Of a stretch of 64,000 bases of DNA, positions 10,804-20,888 are shown piece by piece. Source of the DNA: an uncultured Nitrososphaerales archaeon. Its GTDB lineage: Archaea; Thermoproteota; Nitrososphaeria; Nitrososphaerales; Nitrososphaeraceae. Position numbers and translations under genes: made by a program. The notes under the pieces were generated by a model. The model made no database searches. It was given only the letters and a program-made list of their open reading frames with translations, and was not told the DNA's origin. Numbering within the stretch: the first letter of the stretch is position 1; the number at the start of each line of letters is the position of its first letter. The stretch lies in NCBI GenBank assembly GCA_963695855.1, contig CAVOHZ010000010.1:736001-800000 (forward strand), read 5' to 3'.

Positions 10804-11145
10804 TTGTCTTTGGTAACAACGATAACAAAAACAACAACAACGCTAAAAGGAGAAGAAGAAAAGATAGATTCGGTCACTAAATCTTCTAAGCCTTTTATCA
10901 ATAAAATGTTAAAGGATTTGGCAAACAAAAACACAGAAAACGCCAATACTATCTGTAACTATATAATTGCTGAACAAACAGAATTCAATATCAAAGATTC
11001 TACCAAGCTTGGAAGGATAAAGGCACTTGTATATTTATCACGTATCTGCAATGATCAGAATTTTAAAGATATCACAAAACAGGATATTTTGGATCATGAG
11101 AGCGTATTATTTTCTATATTATATTATAAGCTCATATATAATTAA
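10804..11145 (+). pseudogene. Tyrosine integrase, N-terminal (SAM-like) fragment only
   Basis: NANTICNYIIAEQTEFNIKDSTK...FKDITKQDIL resembles the N-terminus of Nitrososphaeraceae integrases (recalled, not searched); no catalytic R-H-R-Y domain follows. Confidence 0.7.
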
Positions 11146-11203
11146 ATTACAAAACTTAATCCTATTTTCAAAAATGATATATTGAATAATTTTCTCTTAA
11201 ATA

Positions 11204-11836
11204 TCAAAATGGATTATTTGTATTTGTTCGAAATCTCCATGTGATGGGTGGTCCATATGGACAAGGACCAGGATTTGGTATTCTCTCAATTATACATCGA
11301 TCATTAATATTTTGAAAATTATTTTTAGTCTGCTGTGATTTTTCTACTATATCTTTAAGATTAGAGTAACTAGAACGCAAATTATTTATGGAATTGGCAG
11401 TCTCCAAGATTTCAGAAATATTTTTGTATGGGATATTGTTTTCTTTTAAGAATCGATTTATCTTCAGCAAATAGTTTAATCGAGGTTTATTGTCCTCATA
11501 AATATAGAAAAATTCTGCGTTACTTGATAAAAATAAATATTCTCTCCATAATCGGTCAATTTTAGGGAAATTTAAATCCAAAATAATGGCTACATCGAGA
11601 GCAGATTTGCCTTCTTTAAATAATTTAAAAGCCTGACTACCTTGTGATAACGTTCTTTTTTTATTCTTATCTTTACCTGATTTTAAGGTTGATTTTTCAT
11701 ATTTTTTTATTATAGGTTTTGTATCCCTTATCGATACGTGAGCGATATGGGCTATTTCACTATATGTCCTTCTTTCCTCATGTAACCTTATTACTAAATC
11801 ACGTTTTTCAAATTTATTTAATAATGAAACTTCCAT
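11204..11836 (-). CDS. HTH-containing protein of a mobile-element-associated family
   Basis: RTYSEIAHIAHVS HTH and second HTH-like SQAFKLFKEGKSALDVAIILDL, followed by coiled coil. Confidence 0.65.
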   Translation of the reverse strand: MEVSLLNKFEKRDLVIRLHEERRTYSEIAHIAHVSIRDTKPIIKKYEKSTLKSGKDKNKKRTLSQGSQAFKLFKEGKSALDVAIILDLNFPKIDRLWREYLFLSSNAEFFYIYEDNKPRLNYLLKINRFLKENNIPYKNISEILETANSINNLRSSYSNLKDIVEKSQQTKNNFQNINDRCIIERIPNPGPCPYGPPITWRFRTNTNNPF

Positions 11837-12086
11837 TCTGGGATACTGTTAAAAAAGGGGTTAATAAACAGTTTGGTATTGTATTTTCATTTATTTATCT
11901 TTTATTACCAATTGATACCTACTGATATCATCTATTTTTTCTCATGCTCATTAAAATTTAGAAAAATCATCAACTACATTACTATTTTTTTTTTCCTTTT
12001 TTCTTATCGAAAAAGAATTAACTAATCTATTGCTATTCTAGCATGTTAATTATAAATTTAGGTGATCGATAATGAAATTTGGAAGG

Positions 12087-12125
12087 TTGGAACCACAATG
12101 CGATGCTCGAAGGTTCCCTTGACAC
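12087..12125 (+). repeat. Element-end motif with eroded att-like core, internal copy
   Basis: TTGGAACCACAATGCGATGCTCGAAGGTT matches 21179-21207 at 26/29, then CCCTTGACAC. Confidence 0.7.
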
Positions 12126-12190
12126 CCCTAAATATTATTTTTATATTTTTTTAAAACAATATCATTTTTTATATAATCTTTATAGAGGGT

Positions 12191-12214
12191 TGTCCACCCT
12201 GTCCACCCTGTCCA
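12191..12214. repeat. 9-bp tandem repeat TGTCCACCC (2.7 copies), iteron-like
   Basis: TGTCCACCC-TGTCCACCC-TGTCCA next to an AT-rich tract. Confidence 0.55.
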
Positions 12215-12343
12215 TTTTTCTATTTTTTCCTGGTAAAATATGGTTGGAGCACCCATAACCGGACAAAAATGTTAAGTATTTTGGTTAGTTATGATATCAT
12301 TATAGCAGTAAATATGATTATTTATGAGGTGAATAGCAAGTAA

Positions 12344-12797
12344 ATGGGTAATTTAACAGATAAAGAGAACCAGATTTTAAAACCTTTAGTAGCCGATTGT
12401 GTTAACTACCGCTTCAATGAGAAGGAAGCATTAGCGTATATTAGAGCAACATTAGGCCGAGAAATATCATCAGATGTCTATTATAATCGAAAAAAGACAG
12501 TAGATAGTGGAGAATATGCAAAAGAATGGCTATCATATTATAGCCGTGTTGGCTTTCTGGTAAAACATAAATAGATTATCGAAGTCTGTGAGATGGTTCA
12601 GAAAGACATGATTAGGAGACTATTTAATAGAACAAAACAAACCCGCAGAAAGGAGGAATCCAGAATTAATAATGAAATTGAGATATGAGATTGGGGAGAA
12701 CGTCAAACTACTGCAAGAATTATCTTTAGGTACTCCAATAATCGCACAGATAAAAGCAAGGATAGATTATGCTGAAGTGCTTCAATCAGGCCAGTAA
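12344..12797 (+). pseudogene. Putative terminase small subunit-like gene, disrupted
   Basis: Helical ~150-codon gene overlapping the TerL start; TAG at 12572-12574 and a frameshift near 12617; continues LQELSLGTPIIAQIK; call is positional. Confidence 0.5.
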
Positions 12798-14300
12798 CCT
12801 GCTATCTTTGGCTAGCAGGCTAGGCGGTAACGACGACGATAACTATTCAAATCTTTTACAGATATCCAAAGACAAACCATTCTATTTTGAACTCCAACAA
12901 CATAACCATAAAGACGACTGTTTCAACTGTCTAATTGGATGCCCACTAAAGAACAATAAGGAATATCCTCTTTTTGAGTATGAAAAAAATATTATTGATT
13001 CATAAGAGGGAAATCAACACGTATTCATTAAGAAGGCTAGGGGTATCGGAGTAACCGAGTTAATTTTACGTTATCTAGCGTGGTCCTGTTTATCATCTGA
13101 CAGGTTGGAAGGTAAGTCTATATTTCTTGTATCAGGTACTCTTGAAGACTTTTCAAATAATATTAAAATTAGATTAGAGACGTTGTCTGAACGCAATTTT
13201 CCTAATGTTAAGTTTGAATCAAAATATACTGAACTGACAATAGGCAAGACATGGATCAAGGTATTTCCTACAAAGAGGATACGGGATTTAAGAGGCTATA
13301 CTGACGTTTCCTATCTTTTCATAGACGATGCCGATTATTTTGATCCTGCAGAACAATTTGAACTAGAATATGTTATCAAGGCATACGAGAAAAAAATAAA
13401 TGTAAGATAATCCTGGCAAGTACACCTAACAAACCATTAGGATTATTTGATCGCATAGAGAGAAACGAAATATTCAAAGACTTCTTTCATAAAATATTCC
13501 TCCATTATACTGTAGGCCTTAACAAGATATACGATTCTGCTTTCATTGAACGAGAAAAGAATGAGGCATACTTTGAACGTGAATACTTTCTCAAATACCA
13601 GGGTCGCATTGGCAATATCTTCAGTCTGCAGGACATAGATACAGCGGTCCAGTTAGGTGTCCAATACAGCGAGTTGCCTATCAATCATGGGTGTCTGCAT
13701 CCTGCAGGTATTGATCCAGGCTTTAGTTCCTCGGTTACAGCAATAACAGTTTGTGAGATAGACGTAGAGAACCAGATCGTTAGAGTCATACTATCTGAAG
13801 AGCATGACAAGGCCAGACCTTCAGCAATAGCAGACAGGGTATTTCAAATACATACAGAAATACCGCATTGCCTGTTTTTCGTAAGTTCTGCCAACCGTGG
13901 TTTCACAAATGTACTAAAATCCAGGTTCGGAGAATCCTTAACATGGGAAAGATCGGAGGAGGTATCTATTGACGACAATTATGTTATACCGGTTCCATTT
14001 CAAAAAGATCACAAATCAATGTTAGAATGGACTTACAATCTTTTATCAAAAAAGAGGATAGCAATCGATCCCAAGTACCAGAAACTTATCCTATCCCTAA
14101 AATCTGCCTACGGTACAGAGTTCGATCTAGATAAGAATATTACAATATACTCAGATTACTTGGACTGGTTACGCTTAAGTCTAAGAGGCGTAAAACTAAA
14201 ACAGATAGATATGCCTGGAATCCATAAATGCCGAGACTATTTTGTATCTACTTCTGATAACAATTATTATTACTCAGATAGCGAAGACTTTCTCTCATAG
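12769..14300 (+). pseudogene. terL: Terminase large subunit, disrupted
   Basis: Joined frames give IKKARGIGVTE (Walker A), LFIDDAD (Walker B), LASTP (coupling motif), FEREY, GIDPG (RNase H-like nuclease); TAA at 13003-13005 and a frameshift in an A-run near 13390. Confidence 0.85.
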
Positions 14301-14686
14301 TTACTGCCCTAATTGTGAATCTTATGGACATTATAATCTACTAAAGGAACGTATCTATCAGGATTCAGAACTTATTAACGGTGATAAACCCCATGATTCT
14401 GAGAACCGGTTACAGTGCTATCGCTGTGGCCTAATAGTGGTAACGGTCCACGCTAAACAGGACTCAAAAATTACTAGAATAAAGGACGTACCAGAATCAA
14501 TCTATGATACTAAAAAGTTAACAATATTACCGTTTAACTAATGGAGTCAGAATCAAAGAAAGTATAGACAATTAATAAAATCCAGGACAATTAGGAAGAA
14601 TCCGGAAGAAGACGATCCAGATATACAGAGATCTAGAGAAAGGATCAAGATTGATAAGTTACGAATCAACAAACGAAGAAGGATAA
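14211..14686 (+). pseudogene. Zinc-finger protein downstream of TerL, disrupted
   Basis: YCPNC...QCYRCG pairs in ORF 14242-14541; reading continues past the stop (EEDDPDIQ...KGSRLISYES). Confidence 0.5.
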
Positions 14687-14734
14687 CCTACAACAAGAAA
14701 CATAACGATACCAATTTTTTGTATAATAATAACC

Positions 14735-14855
14735 GTTGGAGAGAGGGAAGGAAGGATTACAACAAAGACTACAAATATTCAGATATCTGTCAATCATTAT
14801 GGAGCGAATGACCAACCAGATATTCATTCATTATTTGTTTCTTTCTCTCTCCAAC
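14735..14855 (+). other. Long nested stem-loop (candidate ncRNA or DNA cruciform)
   Basis: GTTGGAGAGAG/CTCTCTCCAAC outer stem enclosing CAAATA/TATTTG, ATATCTG/CAGATAT and TCATT/AATGA. Confidence 0.45.
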
Positions 14856-15034
14856 ACCACTGTATGAGCCCACGCACTCTAGATAGTGGTAAAACATGTA
14901 CTACGATGATATTAGATTATCGGATGTAGGTCTGATATTCTTTTCATCAACCGAACTAGTTTTCTCACTACAGAGATTGCCAGTGGTATTAATAATATTA
15001 AGTTCTGACTACTTAAATTTTCAATAACAAGAAT

Positions 15035-15235
15035 TCATTTATTTTGTGCTAATTTTTTTCTCTTTTTCAGATAATCATCCAGCGCTTCAGTAACTAACTC
15101 TGTCAAGGTTTTCCTATCATCTATTGCTAAATGTTTCAATTCCCTTAACATCTCATCAGGTAATCTAATCGTGGTCTTACTGATCCCCTCCTCATCCTTT
15201 TCTTCCTTCATTATTAGTTGTTGACTTGTTGCCAT
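15035..15235 (-). CDS. Ribbon-helix-helix (CopG/ParG-like) regulator
   Basis: KTTIRLPDEMLRELKHLAIDDRKTLTELVTEALDDYL. Confidence 0.85.
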   Translation of the reverse strand: MATSQQLIMKEEKDEEGISKTTIRLPDEMLRELKHLAIDDRKTLTELVTEALDDYLKKRKKLAQNK

Positions 15236-15344
15236 ATAATTTAATATTCATTTCCATGTTTATAATGATTGCCGTTTTGCTGTCAAAACAGATATACATA
15301 TATATTTAAATATTCTCAGGACTAAGAATTAGTAAGAAGTTATT

Positions 15345-16022
15345 ATGGCTAGAAGAGTAGCAGTACTGGTAGAACAGAAGAAGAAAAAAGTACCCGATAT
15401 TTTGAAGGGTTGGAATAACAGAACAGAAGAAAGTTATAGGAAGAATGGTCTTGACGTTCCAGAGCACCTAGATTATCAAAACAAGCATTTTTTGATGTTG
15501 GTTGATGCAGAAAAGTATCCAGTAGAGAAAGAAATAACGAAGATAGTACGGATTAGAGCAATTGACTATAATTCTAAGAGAAAGGAGATGAAAGAATTCC
15601 TTTACGGGTTCGAGAATTGGTATGGGAAGGACTGGCAAGGCCGTAAAGTAGCACCGGTGGCAGATCATGTAGAAGACAGGTACTGGGAGCAGGAGTTAGA
15701 GCCCGTAATAGAGAGAGACCAGATAATAGGATACGATAGAACAGGACAGCATGAAGTCTACTACGTACCATTCAGCAAGAAAGCGGTTGATGACATCATA
15801 GCAAAATCAACCTATGACAACAAGGAACAGATCAAATTACTGGTGAAAACACCTACAATAAAAAATGGTCAGTTCTCTTATGATCAGTTTGTTAACACAC
15901 CATGGGATGAATGTATTACCATGATAATGTATAATGGTGAGCCTTCAAGATATGAGTACCATAAGAAGCAACAGGAGAAGAAAGACGCTGAGCTCGAGAA
16001 ACAGAACAAACAGTACTCTTAA
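15345..16022 (+). CDS. Hypothetical protein (island)
   Basis: 225-aa intact ORF divergent from the RHH gene, TATA-like sequence upstream; no motif recognised. Confidence 0.75.
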   Translation: MARRVAVLVEQKKKKVPDILKGWNNRTEESYRKNGLDVPEHLDYQNKHFLMLVDAEKYPVEKEITKIVRIRAIDYNSKRKEMKEFLYGFENWYGKDWQGRKVAPVADHVEDRYWEQELEPVIERDQIIGYDRTGQHEVYYVPFSKKAVDDIIAKSTYDNKEQIKLLVKTPTIKNGQFSYDQFVNTPWDECITMIMYNGEPSRYEYHKKQQEKKDAELEKQNKQYS

Positions 16023-16470
16023 TAATTCTTATTTTATGTTTTGCACGTTGTTATTTCAGTTTGTAACTAAATAAAAAAATGAAAGGATTAGTAATTAGTA
16101 ATTATTTTTACTATAGTTATGGCAACACTACTAATTTTGCGACACTGGTGAAAAATCGGGTAAAAACAGACTGCCTGCTGAATTCGGGTCATGGCGTGTT
16201 GAATTATGGTGATGCTACAATCTTGCGAGTAGATAAACCAAGAATGACAATTTCATCAAAGATTATAAGCAAACTTTTTCATATTATAAAATATAACCAT
16301 GATTGACGAAAGACGCTTGGCAATCAGAAAAAAATCGATATTTCAGCCACTCAGTCAGCGGGAGGCAGCCATTAACATCATCCGCGTTCCGCTTCTCGTC
16401 ATCCTCGTCGTCTTGGCGCAGCACGCGAGCATCATCATGTCATCGGGAAGTAGTTCTGACGGAGGGCAGC

Positions 16471-17115
16471 ATGGCACAATTTGACTGGTACATCGAAGGA
16501 GCCGAGTTCAGCAATTGCAACTGCGACTACGCCTGTCCTTGTCAGTTCGAGTCACCTCGCCCCACGCACGGACACTGTCGCGGCTTCGCGGCCATTCGCA
16601 TCGATAAGGGCCACTTTGGAGACGTGGCGCTCGATGGCCTCGGCGCAGCCCTCCTCTACGCCTGGCCGGGACCGATCTACGAGGGTAACGGTGAGTGTCA
16701 GGCCGTCATCGATGAGCGGGCGGACGGCAAGCAACGAGACGCTCTTACTACCGTGCTGTACGGTGGCGAGACCAAAGAGGGGGCGACCCATTGGTGGGTC
16801 TATCGGATGATGTCAAGCACCGTCCATCCCCCGCTTTTCAAACACATCGATTTTGACGTGAATATCGAGCGCCGAAAAGCACGCATCGTGATCCCCGACA
16901 TGCTCGAGTCCACCGCCCGTCCGATCCGAAGCCCTGCGACGGGCGCTGAACATCGCGTCCGCATAAACCTCCCGAATGGGATCGAGTTCGACCTCGCCGA
17001 GATAGGCAGTGGTACCACCAAGACGATGGCCTCAATCGCCCTCGACCTCAAGGACACCTACTGTCATTTTACTGTTCTGCGCCAGTCTGGCAAGGGGGTG
17101 GTCCGCTCACGATAG
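16471..17115 (+). CDS. DUF1326 family protein, GC-rich
   Basis: CNCDYACPC...PTHGHC...IDKGHFGDVALDGL...PGPIYEGN; GGAGGG Shine-Dalgarno at 16461-16466 before ATG 16471. Confidence 0.85.
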   Translation: MAQFDWYIEGAEFSNCNCDYACPCQFESPRPTHGHCRGFAAIRIDKGHFGDVALDGLGAALLYAWPGPIYEGNGECQAVIDERADGKQRDALTTVLYGGETKEGATHWWVYRMMSSTVHPPLFKHIDFDVNIERRKARIVIPDMLESTARPIRSPATGAEHRVRINLPNGIEFDLAEIGSGTTKTMASIALDLKDTYCHFTVLRQSGKGVVRSR

Positions 17116-17331
17116 AATCCGACCGCTGAAGACCAGTGTGATCTTGAAGGGCAGTTAGATGATGGCGGAACTCTATTAAAGACGAATGTAAATCCTGACA
17201 TGGAATATCGTATATGTTTTGAATATGAAGATGGACATGGAAATGACTGTAGTAATCTAACATTAGCAGCAGGGGAAAATAAACTATGTACGGTTAAAAA
17301 CTATATTACCATTGGAACGGTGGTGGGCTAA
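17116..17331 (+). pseudogene. C-terminal remnant of a secreted repeat (prealbumin-like fold) protein
   Basis: Open frame without its 5' part: ...GNDCSNLTLAAGENKLCTVKNY...*. Confidence 0.4.
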
Positions 17332-17618
17332 CTCTACATTTTTTTTATTTATTTTTTATTATTACTAAAACACTTGTAATTATTTATTCGTGAAAGTTAT
17401 CCATCAGATGGGCGTGAAGATTCTCCATAAGTTGTGTTACATACTTCTTTTTTTCTTTCTGCATTAAGTTTGGTGCCGCAAAAATACAGTATAGAGATTC
17501 TGGTGGTAACTGTAACGAAATTAATTCAAGTATTTAATAGTATGCAATACGTACGTAACAATGTTCCGTATTATACAACTTTAATAAAATGAAATTGGGA
17601 AGAGTGTTCCGAAACTTA

Positions 17619-18507
17619 GAGCCTATCCCAAAAATAGATAGGAATATAGCTCTTTAGTTTTATATCATACATGGTAATGTTGATTAAGAGTAAAAAGTCT
17701 GTTAGAACAATTACACGTATTCCTGACGATTTATGGAATGCGATTAAAAATATTTTACTAGAATAGAAACCAAGTAACACTATAGGAAGGCCAATTGTTC
17801 CATACAGAAAAGTCCTTGATGGAATAATGTTATCCTCAGAACTGGCTGTCAATGGAAAATGTTATCTAAAGAGTATGTTCTGGTTCAACATCTCATAGAA
17901 GATTTCAAGAATGGAGGCAATCAGGTATTTTTGATAGGGTCTGGACAAGATCGCTACAAAAATATGATACCAGGAAAGGAATCAGATGGAACTAGCAATC
18001 ACTTGATAGTATATCTGTAAAATCGCCTTTAGGGGAGTGATGACTGGACATAATCCAACTGATAGAGGCAAATTAGGAAGCAAAAGACATATTCTAACAG
18101 ATAATGATGGCATTCCTTTGTCTGCACTTATAATATCTGCAAATACTCATGATGCCACTGTTGCAACAAATACAATTGATAATATTGTAATCAGAAGACC
18201 ATCATACAAATCGGATGAGATAAAGAAACAGAATCTATGTCTTGATAAAGCATATCATTCCAAAGAAGTAGAGCAAGAAATTACCAAGAGAGGATACATT
18301 CCTCACATACGATTTAGAAGAGAAAAAAAGAAACACAACAATAAACAGCCAACAAGGAGATGGGTGGTAGAGAGAACAAATTCATGGCACAACAATAGAT
18401 TTAGGAAATTATTTACACGATATGAAAAGAAAGATGAGAACTATCTTGGTCTTGTACAACTAGCCAATAGCCTTATTGTATATAGAGGTTAATTTTGGGA
18501 TAGGCTC
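17619..18507 (+). mobile_element. IS5-family insertion sequence (889 bp), transposase disrupted
   Basis: Perfect 15-bp TIR GAGCCTATCCCAAAA, flanked by TTA on both sides; IPDDLW, TGCQW, NPTDRGKLGSKRH, LDKAY, RWVVERTNSW; stops in the 5' half. Confidence 0.92.
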
Positions 18508-18515
18508 TTAGTTAA

Positions 18516-18731
18516 TCACTCGTAATTATGAGTTGGGCCATCATTCTGTTCGTAGAACTTTACCAGATTAACTAACATTTCGTCATAGGTAGGATTGGAA
18601 TAATATTTAATTGCATGTTCCTTCAATACCCGAAAAGTCTGTTCTGTTATCTGCATGGTCCTGCAGTGCGAAGGAGGATTAACTTGATTCATTTTGGTAT
18701 ATCTACCAACAAGTCTATTATTCCTAGCCAT
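18516..18731 (-). CDS. Small RHH/antitoxin-like DNA-binding protein
   Basis: TMQITEQTFRVLK...TYDEMLVNLV beta-alpha-alpha pattern. Confidence 0.55.
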   Translation of the reverse strand: MARNNRLVGRYTKMNQVNPPSHCRTMQITEQTFRVLKEHAIKYYSNPTYDEMLVNLVKFYEQNDGPTHNYE

Positions 18732-18797
18732 AACGCGATAATAATTAGTTACACGATAGGATATTAAAAATATTTTTAGTTACTTTTTTTTCTAGTG

Positions 18798-18980
18798 TTA
18801 ACACCCTGGAGATACAAGGAAGCTATACCGTGTACATAGTTCACTAAGATTATTTGTAATATCATGAACTACATAATCATATACTGCTATTATTGCTAAT
18901 GCAGATACAAACAGTATAACCAATGCAATTATAATTGTTGTACCATAACTTTTGATTTTATTTTTTTGTTCCGAATACAT
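18798..18980 (-). CDS. Small single-TM membrane protein
   Basis: 60 aa with a long hydrophobic run IIIALVILFVSALAIIAV. Confidence 0.55.
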   Translation of the reverse strand: MYSEQKNKIKSYGTTIIIALVILFVSALAIIAVYDYVVHDITNNLSELCTRYSFLVSPGC

Positions 18981-19063
18981 TTATAGAATATTTACCATAT
19001 AATTCTTCTATTTAAGAATTATAGTACATTCTACAAAACGGTAAAGTTAAAAATTACATACAA

Positions 19064-19506
19064 TTATGCTGTGAAAGTAGAAGGTGTTTTTTTGACAAAC
19101 TCAAATCTTCTTTTTACTTCCACCCTACTGTCTTGAGGTACTTCGTAGTAAACCAACAAATCAAGTAATCCGGTTGTCGAATCTCTATCCCTCTGAGAAC
19201 CGTGTACCTTTCCATTAAGTTCTATTACAATGTCAGATAGAACTTCATATTGTTTCTGCACTTATGTTATTGAACCAGAAAGCAACTCTAAGGAATTAGA
19301 CATTTTCTTCTTTGGATTCCGGGTTTTTTACTACAATAAGTTGAATTAGTGCTATTACTAGTTAGTTTATTTGCGACTCTGTTCGGACAAACATGCTTCT
19401 TTTGTGAAAGAACTTCTCAGTATTCATTAACTGCAGTATTCCAATAGATACGGGTATTGCAACCATATTCACAGGTTTTAGGATAAATATTGCTTTGAGA
19501 ACTCAT
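19064..19506 (-). pseudogene. Disrupted hypothetical protein with N-terminal Cys/His metal site
   Basis: Fragments YPKTCEYGCNTRIYWN...KKHVCPN, MSNSLELLSG and QKQYEVLSDIV...NGKVHGSQ separated by stops and frameshifts. Confidence 0.5.
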
Positions 19507-19512
19507 TTCTGC

Positions 19513-19818
19513 TTAGTGTCTTTCATAAGAATCCAGGAGTCTGCTTATCTCTTCGTCATACGATTCACCATGTTGGCGATTCTTTTTTAATCTGCTATCT
19601 GTTTTTCTGGTTATATACATAGTAACCTTCTCGTCTTTTTCGTCTTTTTCAACATAAAACTCACCACCATGTACGTCTAGATGATGATCGTAACAAAGTG
19701 GAATCCTTATCCACTGTATTCCAAGGGGTCCCATATCTACAACGTCGCCCAGGAGCATATAACCGGCTACAGGATTTTCACATTGAAGAATAGAACATAA
19801 TATTGTTGGTGGATTCAT
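19513..19818 (-). CDS. Hypothetical protein: Cys/His N-terminus and RHH-like C-terminus
   Basis: CSILQC...LCYDHH then VTMYITRKTDSRLK...GESYDEEISRLLD. Confidence 0.6.
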   Translation of the reverse strand: MNPPTILCSILQCENPVAGYMLLGDVVDMGPLGIQWIRIPLCYDHHLDVHGGEFYVEKDEKDEKVTMYITRKTDSRLKKNRQHGESYDEEISRLLDSYERH

Positions 19819-19997
19819 TTCTTATGTTTCCCTTCATACTTCTGCAGAATATACTGCATACCTTCCAGAAGCAAAGCATTCAAAGTGATATCATTATCAA
19901 GTGCAATCTGCTTCAGGCGTTTTATATCAGGTGCATCACATCGAAATACCAATTTCTTTGAGTTTGCATCTATCAATAATTCAAGATTCTGTTTCAT
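19815..19997 (-). CDS. Ribbon-helix-helix regulator
   Basis: KLVFRCD...IKRLKQIALDNDITLNALLLEGMQYIL; 4-bp overlap with the next gene. Confidence 0.75.
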   Translation of the reverse strand: MKQNLELLIDANSKKLVFRCDAPDIKRLKQIALDNDITLNALLLEGMQYILQKYEGKHKK

Positions 19998-20062
19998 GTA
20001 TTTATATTTCTTGCATGTTGTATTTATAACTTGTTATAATGCTATACTGCTACACTATACCA

Positions 20063-20533
20063 ATGAAACAAACAATTTCTAAACAATTAGCGAAGGAAGA
20101 AAAGAACAACAAGAAGGATAGAAGGGAGGGCAATGGTCGTGTCCTGGCCCTCTCTAGATATGTCTACCGCCTCCAAGCAAAAGACACGTATTATGTCGAA
20201 TCTGAGACGGCGGATAGTAGATATTATTTCGTACGCTTCAACTATTCCTTTACCGGATGATTCTGCAGTTGCAAAGATTACGAATCGAATCGTTCAGAAA
20301 AGTGTAAACACCAATACGCTGTGGAATATGAGATAAGATTCAATACCATTAAGGAAGTTGAACATTTACCGGAAGAAGTAAGCAACGCTAAGAAGACTGC
20401 AGAAAGAAATTACGAAAAGGAATCTATTAGAACATGGAACGAATTAGAGAAAGCAGAAGCAGAAGATACGACAGAGGCCATAGACTACAGGGGCCAGTGC
20501 CTAACCCACCAAGACGACGACTATTCATTCTAA
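20063..20533 (+). pseudogene. SWIM zinc-finger protein with one in-frame TGA
   Basis: YYVESE...YFV...G*FCSCKD...KCKHQYAV (CxC...CxH); ORFs 20039-20260 and 20321-20533 share a frame. Confidence 0.75.
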
Positions 20534-20563
20534 CCAACCTTTTATTTATTTGTAAAATCGGAA

Positions 20564-20809
20564 ATGGGCCGGAGACGTAAATTCCGTTGGGTTCCGTTGA
20601 CGTCTATATCCGTCTCAGTGGAAATCCTTGATTTAATACAGATACTTAAAGTCAGAAATGAGACATACGATCACCTTCTACGCGTAACGCTGGCAGAATG
20701 GCAGGACCTGCAGGAGTACCGTCTAGACATGGACCAGGTGATAAGATTGAAAGATACTCAGATCGCAACGCTGGAAAATGAATTGAAGGAAAAAATACCT
20801 AACTTTTAA
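20564..20809 (+). CDS. Small RHH-like protein with coiled coil
   Basis: TSISVSVEILDLI...NETYDHLL then heptad-rich tail. Confidence 0.6.
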   Translation: MGRRRKFRWVPLTSISVSVEILDLIQILKVRNETYDHLLRVTLAEWQDLQEYRLDMDQVIRLKDTQIATLENELKEKIPNF

Positions 20810-20888
20810 TGCAATTTCTTCATTTATTTATTTATAAATTTATAAATTTATTACTCTAGCGATATCTAGAAGTCATCTGGCTATCTTC

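Noticed and set aside
10804-11145. SSV-type split integrase with intC at the other island end
   Set aside because: No catalytic integrase fragment found near 20900-21400, and the att-like core lies outside the ORF; simple truncation is more likely
16120-16150. TTTTGCGACA as a transposon end or resolvase site left of the GC-rich patch
   Set aside because: No matching partner end or target duplication found on the right side
16299-17057. Several overlapping ORFs on both strands in the GC-rich patch, and the 16303 start for DUF1326
   Set aside because: High GC suppresses stops; only the DUF1326 frame has family motifs, and the Shine-Dalgarno supports ATG 16471
20258-20260. Selenocysteine recoding of the TGA in the SWIM gene
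   Set aside because: The position is not a Cys ligand, no SECIS was seen, and neighbouring genes also carry nonsense lesions
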